Shown here: piece by piece, positions 11,309 through 21,482 of the stretch
Layout of the letters: each line of letters begins with the position of its first letter
Position numbering within the stretch: the stretch's first letter is position 1
NCBI GenBank assembly: GCA_965243205.1
Contig: CBDEUK010000001.1
Coordinates: forward strand, 384,001 to 448,000
Reading direction: 5' to 3'
DNA: 64,000 bases
From: Gammaproteobacteria bacterium
GTDB lineage: Bacteria > Pseudomonadota > Gammaproteobacteria > Eutrophobiales > Eutrophobiaceae
The notes under the pieces: model-generated
Seen by the model: only the letters and a program-made list of their open reading frames with translations
Databases searched by the model: none
Told to the model about the DNA's origin: nothing
Position numbers and translations under genes: made by a program

Positions 11309-12490
11309 ATGTCAGAAAACGTCGTAATTGTTGCAGCAGGCAGAACCCCTATTGGGAATTTTGGTGGTGCTTTATCATCTGTTCCAGCACCTCAACTTGG
11401 GGCTAAAGTCATTGCTGCATTATTAGATAAAACAAATATAAAACCAGAACAAATTGATGAAGTAATCCTTGGCCAAGTATTAACTGCTGGTAGTGGGCAA
11501 AACCCAGCAAGACAAACAGCTATTGCCGCCGGCTTACCTGAAAGTGTTCCATCTATGACGATTAATAAAGTTTGTGGTAGCGGTTTAAAAACTATCCATC
11601 TAGCTGCTCAAGCCATTAAATGTGGTGATGCCGAAATTATTATCGCAGGCGGGCAGGAAAATATGAGTCTATCACCTCATGTACTGCCTAAGTCACGTAA
11701 CGGTACTAAGATGGGTGATTGGAAACTGCAAGATTCTATGATTGTTGATGGCCTTTGGGATGCCTTCAACAATTATCACATGGGCATTACTGCTGAAAAT
11801 GTTGCAAAAGAATATGATATTTCACGACAAGAACAAGACGAATTTGCAGCCGCTACCCAGCAAAAATGCGAAGCCGCAAGAAATGCTGGAAAGTTTGTTG
11901 ATGAAATCATCCCTGTCGAAATTCCTCAACGCAAAGGCGACCCTATTATTGTTGATAAAGATGAATTTCCTCGAGATGGCGTAACTGCGGAAGGCCTTGG
12001 CAAAATGCGTCCAGCTTTTGATAAAGAAGGAACAGTAACCGCCGCTAATGCCTCTGGAATTAATGATGGTGCTGCTGCAGTTATTGTCATGTCAGAATCC
12101 AAAGCTAAAGAACTTGGCTTAACTCCATTAGCCACAGTCAAAGCGTACGCAAGTGCTGGCGTTGATCCAAAAATAATGGGTACTGGGCCTATTCCAGCTT
12201 CGACTAAATGTTTGGAAAAAGCTGGCTGGGACAAAGACGAATTAGATCTAATAGAAGCCAATGAAGCATTTGCTTGCCAAGCCATTTCAGTGAATAAAGG
12301 CATGGATTGGGATACAAGCAAAGTAAATGTTAATGGTGGAGCTATTGCTATTGGGCATCCTATTGGTGCTTCTGGATGCAGGGTATTGGTCACTCTTTTA
12401 CATGAAATGAATCGAAGCGATGCTAAAAAAGGTTTAGCAACCCTATGTATTGGTGGTGGTCAGGGTGTGGCATTAGCTGTAGAAAAATAA
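11309..12490 (+). CDS. phaA: Acetyl-CoA C-acetyltransferase (beta-ketothiolase)
   Basis: [30 protein letters not shown]; in the pha cluster. Confidence 0.93.
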   Translation: MSENVVIVAAGRTPIGNFGGALSSVPAPQLGAKVIAALLDKTNIKPEQIDEVILGQVLTAGSGQNPARQTAIAAGLPESVPSMTINKVCGSGLKTIHLAAQAIKCGDAEIIIAGGQENMSLSPHVLPKSRNGTKMGDWKLQDSMIVDGLWDAFNNYHMGITAENVAKEYDISRQEQDEFAAATQQKCEAARNAGKFVDEIIPVEIPQRKGDPIIVDKDEFPRDGVTAEGLGKMRPAFDKEGTVTAANASGINDGAAAVIVMSESKAKELGLTPLATVKAYASAGVDPKIMGTGPIPASTKCLEKAGWDKDELDLIEANEAFACQAISVNKGMDWDTSKVNVNGGAIAIGHPIGASGCRVLVTLLHEMNRSDAKKGLATLCIGGGQGVALAVEK

Positions 12491-12508
12491 GAACTCGAGG
12501 AAAACATA

Positions 12509-13258
12509 ATGAAAACTGATTTAACGGATAAGGTAGCACTTGTCACTGGTGGGACTGGTGGCATTGGAGCGGCTATTTGCGAGCAATTAGCTAGCTCTGG
12601 CGCGAAAGTGGCTACTAACTATCGAAATAAAGATAAAGCTATTGCTTATCAAAAAGAAATGAAAAAGAAAGGTCTAGACATTGCTATTTATCAAGTTGAT
12701 GTTACTGATTTTGACGGCTGTAAAGAGCTTATTGAAAACATCGAAGCGGATTTAGGGCCTCTCGATATTATTGTAAATAATGCAGGCGTAACTCAAGATA
12801 CTACATTGAAGAAAATGTCGAAGGAGCAATGGGATACCGTATTGGATATCAATCTTGATAGCTTATTTAATATTTGCCGAAATGCAGTTGAAGGCATGAC
12901 TAATCGCGGCTTTGGTAGAATCATAAATATCTCTTCTATCAACGGCCAAAAAGGTCAGTTAGGACAAACCAATTACGCAGCTTCCAAAGCAGGTATGCAT
13001 GGTTTCACCATGGCTTTAGCTCAAGAAGTTGCACGTAAGGGCGTTACCGTCAATACAGTATCACCTGGTTATATCGCGACTGAAATGGTAATGGCGGTTC
13101 CCGAAAAGATTCGTGAGCAAATTATTGGTCAAATCCCAGTAGCACGTTTAGGTCGACCAGACGAAATTGCTGCCATTTGTGATTTCTTATGCTCTGAACA
13201 TGCGGGTTTTATCACCGGCGCAGATATTGCTGCGAACGGTGGCCAACATATGATGTAA
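12509..13258 (+). CDS. phaB: Acetoacetyl-CoA reductase
   Basis: SDR TGGTGGIG, ISSINGQKGQ.GQTNYAASKAG, GVTVNTVSPGYIATEMV; directly after phaA. Confidence 0.93.
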   Translation: MKTDLTDKVALVTGGTGGIGAAICEQLASSGAKVATNYRNKDKAIAYQKEMKKKGLDIAIYQVDVTDFDGCKELIENIEADLGPLDIIVNNAGVTQDTTLKKMSKEQWDTVLDINLDSLFNICRNAVEGMTNRGFGRIINISSINGQKGQLGQTNYAASKAGMHGFTMALAQEVARKGVTVNTVSPGYIATEMVMAVPEKIREQIIGQIPVARLGRPDEIAAICDFLCSEHAGFITGADIAANGGQHMM

Positions 13259-13303
13259 TGAGTTCAATATAAATTATTATTTCTTAATCAAAGGTTTAGA
13301 AAC

Positions 13304-13768
13304 ATGAGCAAGGTAAGAATTATAAAAAAATATCCTAACCGTCGTTTGTATGATACGGAAATCAGTAAATACATCACGATGGAAAACCTCAAAAACCTAG
13401 TGCTTGAAGGAATCGATTTCAAAGTTATTGATGTTAAATCGGAAGAAGATCTAACGCGTAGCGTATTGCTACAAATCATCGCGGAACAAGAGCATGGTGG
13501 AGAACCTATCTTCTCCACTGAAAGCTTAACGAAGATAATTCGTTTTTATGGTGATTCAATGCAAGGTATGGCTTCTGATTATCTCAACCAAAGCCTAGGT
13601 TTATTCGCTGAACAACAAGAAGCTCTTCAAAAACAATTTGAATCAGCAGTGGATGGCACTCCGTTAGAATCTATAGCAGACCTAACGAAGAAAAACATTG
13701 AGTTATGGACTCAAATGCAAAAGAGTTTTTTTGATGCAACCGGTTTTAATACAAAGAAAAAAGACTAA
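13304..13768 (+). CDS. phaR: Polyhydroxyalkanoate synthesis repressor
   Basis: RIIKKYPNRRLYDTEISKYIT...EDLTRSVLLQIIAEQE, the hallmark PhaR N-terminus. Confidence 0.95.
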   Translation: MSKVRIIKKYPNRRLYDTEISKYITMENLKNLVLEGIDFKVIDVKSEEDLTRSVLLQIIAEQEHGGEPIFSTESLTKIIRFYGDSMQGMASDYLNQSLGLFAEQQEALQKQFESAVDGTPLESIADLTKKNIELWTQMQKSFFDATGFNTKKKD

Positions 13769-13810
13769 CAACTCTGCAAAAGCCTGCGAGAAGATTACGA
13801 GGATTATATT

Positions 13811-14818
13811 ATGAGTAAAAATGGTAACGATTTTTCACAAATACCATATTTTAATAATGATGATTTAAAAAAGGCTCAAGAAAAAATGTACAACCAATGG
13901 TTTGATACCATGGATACTTTCTTCGGTACCGTCAATCAATTTGCGGATGCAACTCAAACAGCATTTAACATGGCACAAGAGACCCATAACGAGTCAATGA
14001 AATATTTCATGCCAAATGCCAATAACTTTTACTTCAAACCAACAACTGATAGTGCGACAAGCCTACAGACACAACACACAGGGCATATCGCTATTGTAAC
14101 TGGTGGTGTTGGTGGTATCGGTACCGCGATCTGCGAGCGTTTGTACGATGATGGTAACCAAGTTATTGCTACTTATATCAAACCAGAAGAAGAACGCGCT
14201 AAAGAATGGCAACAAGAGTATGCTACTAAAGGCTACTTATTTGAAATTGTTGAATTAGATGTAACTGATTTTGATATGTGTAAAAAAGTTGCTAGAAAGA
14301 TGAATAAAGACTTTGGTCATATCGATATCTTAGTTAACTGTGCAGGCATTACTCAAGACGCGACCTTGCGTAAGATGGAAACTACACAATGGCATAAGGT
14401 AATTGAAACCAATTTAGACAGTGTATTTAACGTAACAAAAAGTTTTCTCGATGGTATGTTAAAACGTAAATATGGTCGTATCGTTAATATTTCTTCAGTT
14501 AACGGTCAAAAAGGCCAGTTTGGTCAAACCAATTACTCAGCCGCAAAAGCCGGCATGATTGGTTTCAGCCGTTCTTTAGCAATTGAATTAGCTGAAACTG
14601 GTATTACCGTAAACACAGTTTGCCCAGGCTACGTTGGTACTAGTATGGTTGAAGCCATTCCTAAAGAAATCTTAGATGGAATTATCTCTAAAATACCAGT
14701 CGGTCGTTTGGCTAAACCAAGTGAAGTAGCTGATACCGTTTCGTTTCTATCATCAAAAACCAGTGCTTATATCACTGGCTCTGAAATTTCAGTAAATGGT
14801 GGCTTATATACTGGTTAA
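13811..14818 (+). CDS. phaB: Second acetoacetyl-CoA reductase with ~90-aa N-terminal extension
   Basis: Residues ~92-335 form a PhaB SDR (TGGVGGIG, SSVNGQKGQFGQTNYSAAKAG). A GAGG RBS precedes the upstream ATG, so the extension appears to be translated. Confidence 0.85.
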   Translation: MSKNGNDFSQIPYFNNDDLKKAQEKMYNQWFDTMDTFFGTVNQFADATQTAFNMAQETHNESMKYFMPNANNFYFKPTTDSATSLQTQHTGHIAIVTGGVGGIGTAICERLYDDGNQVIATYIKPEEERAKEWQQEYATKGYLFEIVELDVTDFDMCKKVARKMNKDFGHIDILVNCAGITQDATLRKMETTQWHKVIETNLDSVFNVTKSFLDGMLKRKYGRIVNISSVNGQKGQFGQTNYSAAKAGMIGFSRSLAIELAETGITVNTVCPGYVGTSMVEAIPKEILDGIISKIPVGRLAKPSEVADTVSFLSSKTSAYITGSEISVNGGLYTG

Positions 14819-14844
14819 TAAACGCATTTATTTTTCATTTATTC

Positions 14845-14878
14845 AAAACCCATAATCATTCATGATTATGGGTTTTTT
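14845..14878 (+). terminator. Rho-independent terminator ending the pha(A-B-R-B2) operon
   Basis: AAAACCCATAATCA-TTCA-TGATTATGGGTTTTTT, a perfect 14-bp stem ending in a U tract. Confidence 0.88.
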
Positions 14879-14905
14879 ATTTGTAATAACATTAAACTTG
14901 ATAAC

Positions 14906-15343
14906 ATGAATTCACTGACACCGTTTCATTTAGCCATACCAGTACGTGATATTGATGAAGCTCGTGAATTCTACGGCAACAAACTCGGTTTTCCTGAGGG
15001 ACGATCAGCCGGAAAATGGATCGATTTTAATTGTTTTGGCCATCAACTTGTTACTCACCTAGACGATACCATTGGAAAAACTGGAAAAGTAAATAGAATT
15101 CATAACCCTGTAGATAACGAACAAGTACCTATTCCACATTTTGGTGTAGTAATGGAAATAGCACAATGGAAAGATTTTTGCACAAAATTAGAAAGCATTG
15201 ATTGTGAATTTATTATAAAACCAAGTATTCGCTTTCAAGGCCAGGTAGGAGAACAAGCCATTGTGTTCTTTTATGATCCTAGTGGTAATGCTTTAGAATT
15301 TAAAGCATTCAAAAATATCGATGAACAATTATTTACTAAATAG
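14906..15343 (+). CDS. VOC/glyoxalase family protein
   Basis: PFHLAIPV, EGRS...WIDF..FGHQLVTH, PHFGVV, DPSGNALEFKAF. Confidence 0.88.
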   Translation: MNSLTPFHLAIPVRDIDEAREFYGNKLGFPEGRSAGKWIDFNCFGHQLVTHLDDTIGKTGKVNRIHNPVDNEQVPIPHFGVVMEIAQWKDFCTKLESIDCEFIIKPSIRFQGQVGEQAIVFFYDPSGNALEFKAFKNIDEQLFTK

Positions 15344-15361
15344 ATTAAGTTTAGACAATAA

Positions 15362-15952
15362 ATGAAAAATTTTTTCATAATCGCTTTAATCCTTCTAGCA
15401 TTTTGGCAAATAGAACAATCTAGAGTTACTTCTCTTGGACCAGGGGTTAAAGCACCAGAAGTCCCCAAACAAGATTCCATTAAGAACGCAAAGCCATTTA
15501 ACTTTGAAGGCTATCAAATTACACCGTTAGCCGATTTTTCCTTAGAGGCAAAAGTATTATCGAAAGAAAATTATTCTTTAGGTAGAGAAGCCGATTTATC
15601 ACCTGTTGATTTAGCACTCGGTTGGAAGAACATGTCAGATGAAGCTGTGATAGAAAAAATTTCTATACGACAATCAGGTCGCTGGTACCGTTGGAACTCT
15701 AAAGATTTTCCAATTCCTAGAAGAGAGATAGAAACATCAAGTGCTAATATGCATATGGTTCCTTCAACAGATGCAATTCATTCAACCTTAAAAAAAGTTC
15801 GTAAAGGTGATTTGATAACGCTGCAAGGAAAACTTATAAGAGTTAATTCTAGTGACGGTTTTAGATGGCAAAGTTCGTTAACTCGTAACGATACTGGCGA
15901 TGGTGCATGTGAATTGATTTGGGTAGAACAACTATCGATACAAAATCAATAA
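15362..15952 (+). CDS. Conserved hypothetical exported/membrane-anchored protein
   Basis: N-terminal hydrophobic segment; LSPVDLALGW, SANMHMVP and SSLTRNDTGDGACE motifs of an uncharacterised family. Confidence 0.7.
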   Translation: MKNFFIIALILLAFWQIEQSRVTSLGPGVKAPEVPKQDSIKNAKPFNFEGYQITPLADFSLEAKVLSKENYSLGREADLSPVDLALGWKNMSDEAVIEKISIRQSGRWYRWNSKDFPIPRREIETSSANMHMVPSTDAIHSTLKKVRKGDLITLQGKLIRVNSSDGFRWQSSLTRNDTGDGACELIWVEQLSIQNQ

Positions 15953-15965
15953 ATTCAATTTTTCT

Positions 15966-17027
15966 CTAACGTTTAGATAACCAATCACCTACTGTGGGCG
16001 GAATCATCTTTTGTGCTTTACCACTAACATAGATACCAATATGACCACCTGGAAATTCTAATGCTGTGTAGTCCTTAGTACCTACACAACCCTCCAATGC
16101 TTTAGATGAATCTGGCGGCACAAGATGATCATCCGCTGCATAAATATTTAAGATAGGCATTTTTAAATTGGCTAAATCAACTGTATCTTCACCAATTTTA
16201 ACAGTACCTTTGACTAAACCATTTTGCTGATAGAACTGTTTTATGAACTGTTTATAGGCTTCTCCAGCTTGATCAGGACTATCAAAAATCCATTTTTCCA
16301 TACGCATAAAATTCATGGCTTTATCAGAGTCATTAAGAATATTCACAACGTCAACATACTTTTGACCGATTAAGCGAAACGGCTTTAGCGATAAAAAAGT
16401 TGAATTTAATAATTCACCAGGCACATTACCCATTGAATCAACAATTAAGTCGATATCAACATGGCGTACCATATTACTCAAGAGATCATCTTTGGTATGA
16501 AAATCAACAGGTGTCACTGTTGTAATAAGGTTTTTTACTTTATCTGTATGTAAGGATGAATAACATAAGCTAAAGGCACCACCTTGACAGATACCTAATA
16601 AATTTATTTTTTTAAGGTTATGTTCTTGTCGAATAAAATCGACACAATTATTAATATAACCATTGATATAATCATTAAGGTCCAAATATCGATCAGAACT
16701 ATCTGGGTAACCCCAATCAATTAAATAAACATCTAAACCTGCATCTAAAAGTCCTTGAATCATTGAACGTCCATCTTGTAAATCAGCCATATAGGGACGA
16801 TTCACCAGCGCATAAACCACAAGCAATGGAACCTTATGCTGCGATTTAGTACGTGATTTATAATGATATAAAACAATTTTATCTTCTGAATAGACCGCCT
16901 CTTTCTCAGAAACACCGACATCAATTTCATTTAAATCAGATAAGGTATCAATACTTTGAGCTAATTTAGTATTAAATTCTAAAACCTCTTCTTGAATATC
17001 TTCTGGTGTAAACTTAAATGGATTCAT
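15966..17027 (-). CDS. phaC: Class III poly(R)-hydroxyalkanoate synthase subunit PhaC
   Basis: 353 aa; YALVNRPYMADLQ, lipase box LGICQGG, MEKWIFDSPDQAGE, DHLVPP, GGHIGIYVS. Confidence 0.96.
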   Translation of the reverse strand: MNPFKFTPEDIQEEVLEFNTKLAQSIDTLSDLNEIDVGVSEKEAVYSEDKIVLYHYKSRTKSQHKVPLLVVYALVNRPYMADLQDGRSMIQGLLDAGLDVYLIDWGYPDSSDRYLDLNDYINGYINNCVDFIRQEHNLKKINLLGICQGGAFSLCYSSLHTDKVKNLITTVTPVDFHTKDDLLSNMVRHVDIDLIVDSMGNVPGELLNSTFLSLKPFRLIGQKYVDVVNILNDSDKAMNFMRMEKWIFDSPDQAGEAYKQFIKQFYQQNGLVKGTVKIGEDTVDLANLKMPILNIYAADDHLVPPDSSKALEGCVGTKDYTALEFPGGHIGIYVSGKAQKMIPPTVGDWLSKR

Positions 17028-17039
17028 GGTAACAGTTCT

Positions 17040-18233
17040 TTAAAATTTTATTTCAATCACATTGTTATTAGTATTCGGACTAGTTTGGCGAGTAGATTTT
17101 CTTACTTTTTTTTTACTTACCGTCTTTTTTCGAGCCGTTGTTTTTTTCTCAGCTAAATTTGGGCTTTTGACTTTAGTTTTTGCTTTCTTCTTTTTTTTCC
17201 TAGCTGTAACAGAAGATGTATTAGTCACCTTTTTGTTTAAAACCAGATCACGAAGTTCTTGAATTTCTTTTTCAAGTTTATTGACTTTCTGTTGTTCTTG
17301 TATATTTTTTTGTTCTGCTCTTTTCAGTTTTTGTTTTAGTTGATGTTGTTCTTTTGCTAATTCATCAAACTCATTTTTAGATGTCATGTTGTAGGTGCTA
17401 TAAACTTCATTCATAAGTTCAGCACTGTCTTTTTTAAAGGCCATTAAGGCATTGACAACATTTCCATATAACAGTGAATACTCTTCACCAAGAACATATT
17501 CGCCGTAAGCTTCTTCGTTACAATCAACCCATAAATCATAGGCAGCTCTTAATGATTCAATTTTTTCTTTGTTCTGAGCTAAAACAATCAGTTTATCTTT
17601 TAATAAATCTAAACCACTCGAGGCAACTTGTGCCATTGCATCGTTATATTGTTTATTAGTTTCCTGAAATCGTTTAAATGATAAAACAGTGTGTTGAATT
17701 TTTTCCTGTAATTCTCTATTTAGGCCAAGACCAGGCATCGAAAGATATTTTTCAATATAGTCTTGAATCTCAGAATCACTAACACTTTCATCCAATATTT
17801 TTTCAAAACCAGGAATAAAGTTAACTGACGACTTCAATGCTTCTTGATTAATCTTCCATTCAGAAAGCAAACCATCTTGAAAATAATTTGACTGCTCGTT
17901 ATATGCTTGCTTCATCACTTCAATTTGTTGTTCAAGCATATTCATCCAATTTTTTTTGGTTTTCTTTTGAGAAGAAAGTAACTCTAATAAAGTTGATAAC
18001 TGTTCTCCAAGGAAATAAAAAGACTTGCCTTGATTCATGACTTTATTAAAGACTTCGAATTGATCCATAGGCATAGAAACATCATTGGATTTCCACCAAT
18101 AATTCATCGCCTGTTCCCATGGGTTTTGCGGTTTACTTTGACCAGAAATGAAGCTGTTTACTGATTCAATGTATTGTTTTTGTAGATCTGACCAATTCAT
18201 TGAATTCCAATCTTGATTAAAAAATTTATTCAT
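17040..18233 (-). CDS. phaE: Class III PHA synthase subunit PhaE with Lys-rich C-terminal tail
   Basis: Directly upstream of class III phaC; MPGLGLNRELQE, SLRAAYDLWVDCNEEAY, coiled coil. Confidence 0.88.
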   Translation of the reverse strand: MNKFFNQDWNSMNWSDLQKQYIESVNSFISGQSKPQNPWEQAMNYWWKSNDVSMPMDQFEVFNKVMNQGKSFYFLGEQLSTLLELLSSQKKTKKNWMNMLEQQIEVMKQAYNEQSNYFQDGLLSEWKINQEALKSSVNFIPGFEKILDESVSDSEIQDYIEKYLSMPGLGLNRELQEKIQHTVLSFKRFQETNKQYNDAMAQVASSGLDLLKDKLIVLAQNKEKIESLRAAYDLWVDCNEEAYGEYVLGEEYSLLYGNVVNALMAFKKDSAELMNEVYSTYNMTSKNEFDELAKEQHQLKQKLKRAEQKNIQEQQKVNKLEKEIQELRDLVLNKKVTNTSSVTARKKKKKAKTKVKSPNLAEKKTTARKKTVSKKKVRKSTRQTSPNTNNNVIEIKF

Positions 18234-18350
18234 GTTGCCAATGCTTTATATTTTTTTAATTGTATTTAAATCCCTTGTATAACAATAGTCTGAATATTCA
18301 AAGATACCAAACTATTCAGATTAATCGAAAATAACTAATCTTACTTACTG

Positions 18351-18773
18351 TTAACTGGCTTTAGATTTTGCTTTGGTCTTAGCTTTTGAAACTTTACGTT
18401 TAGTCACTGGTTTCTTTGGTTCTTCTGGAATCACAGAATCAAATTCAGTCATTTTAGGTAATTCATTACTGAACCAATTTGTTACTTCATCTTGTGAAGA
18501 ACTAATGACTGCACTTGCTTGTTCTGCAATCTTAATCACTTTATCTTGTACTTCGCTAGCAAACTGAGCTTCGGCACTAATAAATTCATTATAGTCTTTA
18601 ATATTACTGACTAATTTGAATTGCGCTAAACCGCTCTCAAAACTGATATTGGCAAGGTTCATCTGAATAGTGGCCAATTCATTTAATGTGGTTGTATTAA
18701 TATCAGTCAGCTTTTGGATTGCTTCGTAGGAAGCCTTACTGGCGTTGGTGATTTCTTCAAAGGTTGTATTCAT
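18351..18773 (-). CDS. phaP: Phasin family protein
   Basis: 140 aa, helical and Ala/Gln-rich, phasin_2-like pattern, upstream of phaEC with a PhaR-type operator. Confidence 0.75.
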   Translation of the reverse strand: MNTTFEEITNASKASYEAIQKLTDINTTTLNELATIQMNLANISFESGLAQFKLVSNIKDYNEFISAEAQFASEVQDKVIKIAEQASAVISSSQDEVTNWFSNELPKMTEFDSVIPEEPKKPVTKRKVSKAKTKAKSKAS

Positions 18774-18836
18774 GATGGGTATCTCCCAGATTTATAGCCG
18801 ACAACCAACATCCGGCTATGAAAGTTATATAATCAA

Positions 18837-18872
18837 TATTGTGCACTGCAATACTTATTGCAATGCACAATA
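18837..18872. promoter_or_regulatory. Palindromic double PhaR operator upstream of phaP
   Basis: TATTGTGCACTGCAATA-CT-TATTGCAATGCACAATA: 17-bp arms matching at 16/17, each containing TGC-N3-GCA. Confidence 0.8.
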
Positions 18873-18920
18873 GTCTAGTTCAACGTCAATGTCAACTATT
18901 CATGAATACAGGAAGGTAAA

Positions 18921-19469
18921 TTAGAAATGAGGTTTTTCTGGTAAATCTTGATATCGTTTCATTGAATCAACGATTTCTTGTTTCGCAGCATCCGCCTCAC
19001 GCCAACCATCGACTTTTACCCATTTTTCAGGTTCTAAATCTTTATAATGTTCAAAGAAATGAGTAATTTTATCTAATAAGGCTGGCTGTAAATCACGAAA
19101 ACTGTTCACATTGCGGTTAAATTTAGACACCTTATCGATAGGCACAGCTAGAACCTTTCCATCATCGCCTGCTTCATCAGTCATATCTAAAATACCAATG
19201 GGTCTACAGCGCATAACGGCACCAGGAATGATAGGCATAGGGGTTGCGATTAGTACATCCACAGGATCGCCATCCAATGCTAATGTGTGAGGGACATAAC
19301 CATAGTTACATGGATATACCATAGAGGTATTCAGATACCGATCAACGAACATCGCTCCAGTGTCTTTATCTAATTCGTATTTTACTGGATCGCCATTGAT
19401 GGCTATTTCAATGATCACATTGATCTCTTCTGGCGGATTTTTGCCAGGTCCTACTCGGTCTAAATTCAT
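18921..19469 (-). CDS. ppa: Inorganic pyrophosphatase (family I)
   Basis: KYELDK, VDR, YPCNYGYVPHTL..DGDPVDV, HFFEHYKDLE. Confidence 0.96.
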   Translation of the reverse strand: MNLDRVGPGKNPPEEINVIIEIAINGDPVKYELDKDTGAMFVDRYLNTSMVYPCNYGYVPHTLALDGDPVDVLIATPMPIIPGAVMRCRPIGILDMTDEAGDDGKVLAVPIDKVSKFNRNVNSFRDLQPALLDKITHFFEHYKDLEPEKWVKVDGWREADAAKQEIVDSMKRYQDLPEKPHF

Positions 19470-19498
19470 TAGAGCTCCTAATTAGTTAGTATTTACTA

Positions 19499-21439
19499 TT
19501 ATTTATTCGCTCGATTCTCAATGAGTTCATCTACCACAGTAGGATCAGCTAGAGTACTGGTATCACCTAAGTTCTCCAATTCATTAGCCGCAACTTTTCT
19601 GAGAATTCGACGCATAATTTTGCCAGAGCGGGTCTTCGGTAAACCAGGAGCCCATTGAATGATATCCGGACTGGCTATGGGTCCAATCTCTTTACGGACA
19701 TGACTAACCAATTCTTTCTTTAATTCATCTGATGGATCGGTACCGGCCATTAACGTGACATACGCATAGATACCCTGCCCTTTGACATCATGAGGATAGC
19801 CCACGACTGCGGCTTCCGCGACAGTGTCATGCAAGACTAATGCACTTTCAACCTCTGCAGTCCCCATACGGTGACCGGAAACATTAATAACATCGTCTAT
19901 TCGACCTGTGATCCAATAATACCCATCTTTGTCTCTTCTAGCACCATCTCCTGAAAAATATTTTCCAGGAAACATTTTGAAATACGTATCAATGAAACGT
20001 TCATGATCGCCAAATACGGTACGCATCTGGCCTGGCCAAGGACGTTTGATACATAAAGCACCTTCAGCTTCTCCTTCAAGTTCATTACCTTTATCGTCCA
20101 CCAAACAAGGTTCAACACCAAAAAATGGTAACGTAGCTGATCCAGGTTTTAGTGCAGTCGCTCCAGGCAAAGGCGTAATTAAATGACCACCTGTTTCTGT
20201 TTGCCACCAAGTATCAACTATCGGACATCTGCCATCGCCTACGACATTGTAATACCACTCCCAAGCTTCAGGGTTAATGGGCTCACCTACCGATCCAAGA
20301 ATGCGTAAGCTACTGCGATCATGCTTTGCTACAAATTCATCACCTTGTCCCATTAACATGCGTATTGCAGTCGGTGCAGTGTAAAATGAATTCACCTTAT
20401 GTTTTTCAACTATCTGCCAGAAACGGCCGACATCAGGATAATTTGGTACGCCTTCAAACATTAAACTAATCGCGCCGTTTGCTAATGGCCCATAAACAAT
20501 ATAGGAATGCCCAGTAACCCAACCTACATCAGCGGTACACCAATAGATCTCACCTTCCTGATAATCAAAAACATATTTATGTGTCATTGCTGCATAAAGC
20601 AGATATCCACCTGTAGTATGCAAAACACCTTTGGGCTTGCCCGTTGAACCTGAGGTATACAAAATAAACAATGGATCTTCTGCATCCATTTCTTCAGGCT
20701 CACAATCAGTAGAAGCGTTATCAACTAATTCGTGATACCAGACATCTCTATCACCGTTCCAATCAACATCATCTCCAGTTCTTTGAACAACGATACATGT
20801 ATGGACATTAGGACAACCGCTTAAACCCTTATCGGCATTGGCTTTAAGAGGAATATGTTTTTTACCACGTAAACTATAATCGCTGGTGATAACAACCTGA
20901 CAATCAGAGTCATTAATGCGGTCACGTAAAGCATCAGGAGAAAAACCTCCAAACACAATAGAATGAACTGCACCAATTCTGGTACACGCTAACATCGCAA
21001 CTGAGGCTTCAGGAATCATTGGCATGTATAAACAGACTCTATCCCCTTTTTTTACCCCACGAGATTTTAAACCATTAGCAAAGCGACAAACCTGTTCATG
21101 AAGCTCTTTGTAAGTAATTGTTTTATCTTCTTCAGGATCATCTCCTTCCCAAATGATGGCTGTTTGATCACCACGAGTATCTAGATGTCGATCCAAACAA
21201 TTGTATGAAACATTTAGCTTGCCACCTTTAAACCAATTAATATCGACATTATCTTTGCCAAATTCCCAATCCTGTACTTGGTCCCAAGTTTTAAACCAAG
21301 AAATAAATTCATTAGCCTGTTGTGCCCAGAAATTATCTGAATCATTAATCGATTGCTCATACATTGATTTATATTGTTCAGCATTTATATGAGCAGTATT
21401 TGAAATAGATGTAGGTACTTTATAAGTCTTATCTGACAT
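19499..21439 (-). CDS. acs: Acetate--CoA ligase (AMP-forming acetyl-CoA synthetase)
   Basis: [49 protein letters not shown]. Confidence 0.97.
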   Translation of the reverse strand: MSDKTYKVPTSISNTAHINAEQYKSMYEQSINDSDNFWAQQANEFISWFKTWDQVQDWEFGKDNVDINWFKGGKLNVSYNCLDRHLDTRGDQTAIIWEGDDPEEDKTITYKELHEQVCRFANGLKSRGVKKGDRVCLYMPMIPEASVAMLACTRIGAVHSIVFGGFSPDALRDRINDSDCQVVITSDYSLRGKKHIPLKANADKGLSGCPNVHTCIVVQRTGDDVDWNGDRDVWYHELVDNASTDCEPEEMDAEDPLFILYTSGSTGKPKGVLHTTGGYLLYAAMTHKYVFDYQEGEIYWCTADVGWVTGHSYIVYGPLANGAISLMFEGVPNYPDVGRFWQIVEKHKVNSFYTAPTAIRMLMGQGDEFVAKHDRSSLRILGSVGEPINPEAWEWYYNVVGDGRCPIVDTWWQTETGGHLITPLPGATALKPGSATLPFFGVEPCLVDDKGNELEGEAEGALCIKRPWPGQMRTVFGDHERFIDTYFKMFPGKYFSGDGARRDKDGYYWITGRIDDVINVSGHRMGTAEVESALVLHDTVAEAAVVGYPHDVKGQGIYAYVTLMAGTDPSDELKKELVSHVRKEIGPIASPDIIQWAPGLPKTRSGKIMRRILRKVAANELENLGDTSTLADPTVVDELIENRANK

Positions 21440-21482
21440 AAGTCCTTCCCTCGTTTATAGAATATTTTTTATAGTTATAGTT

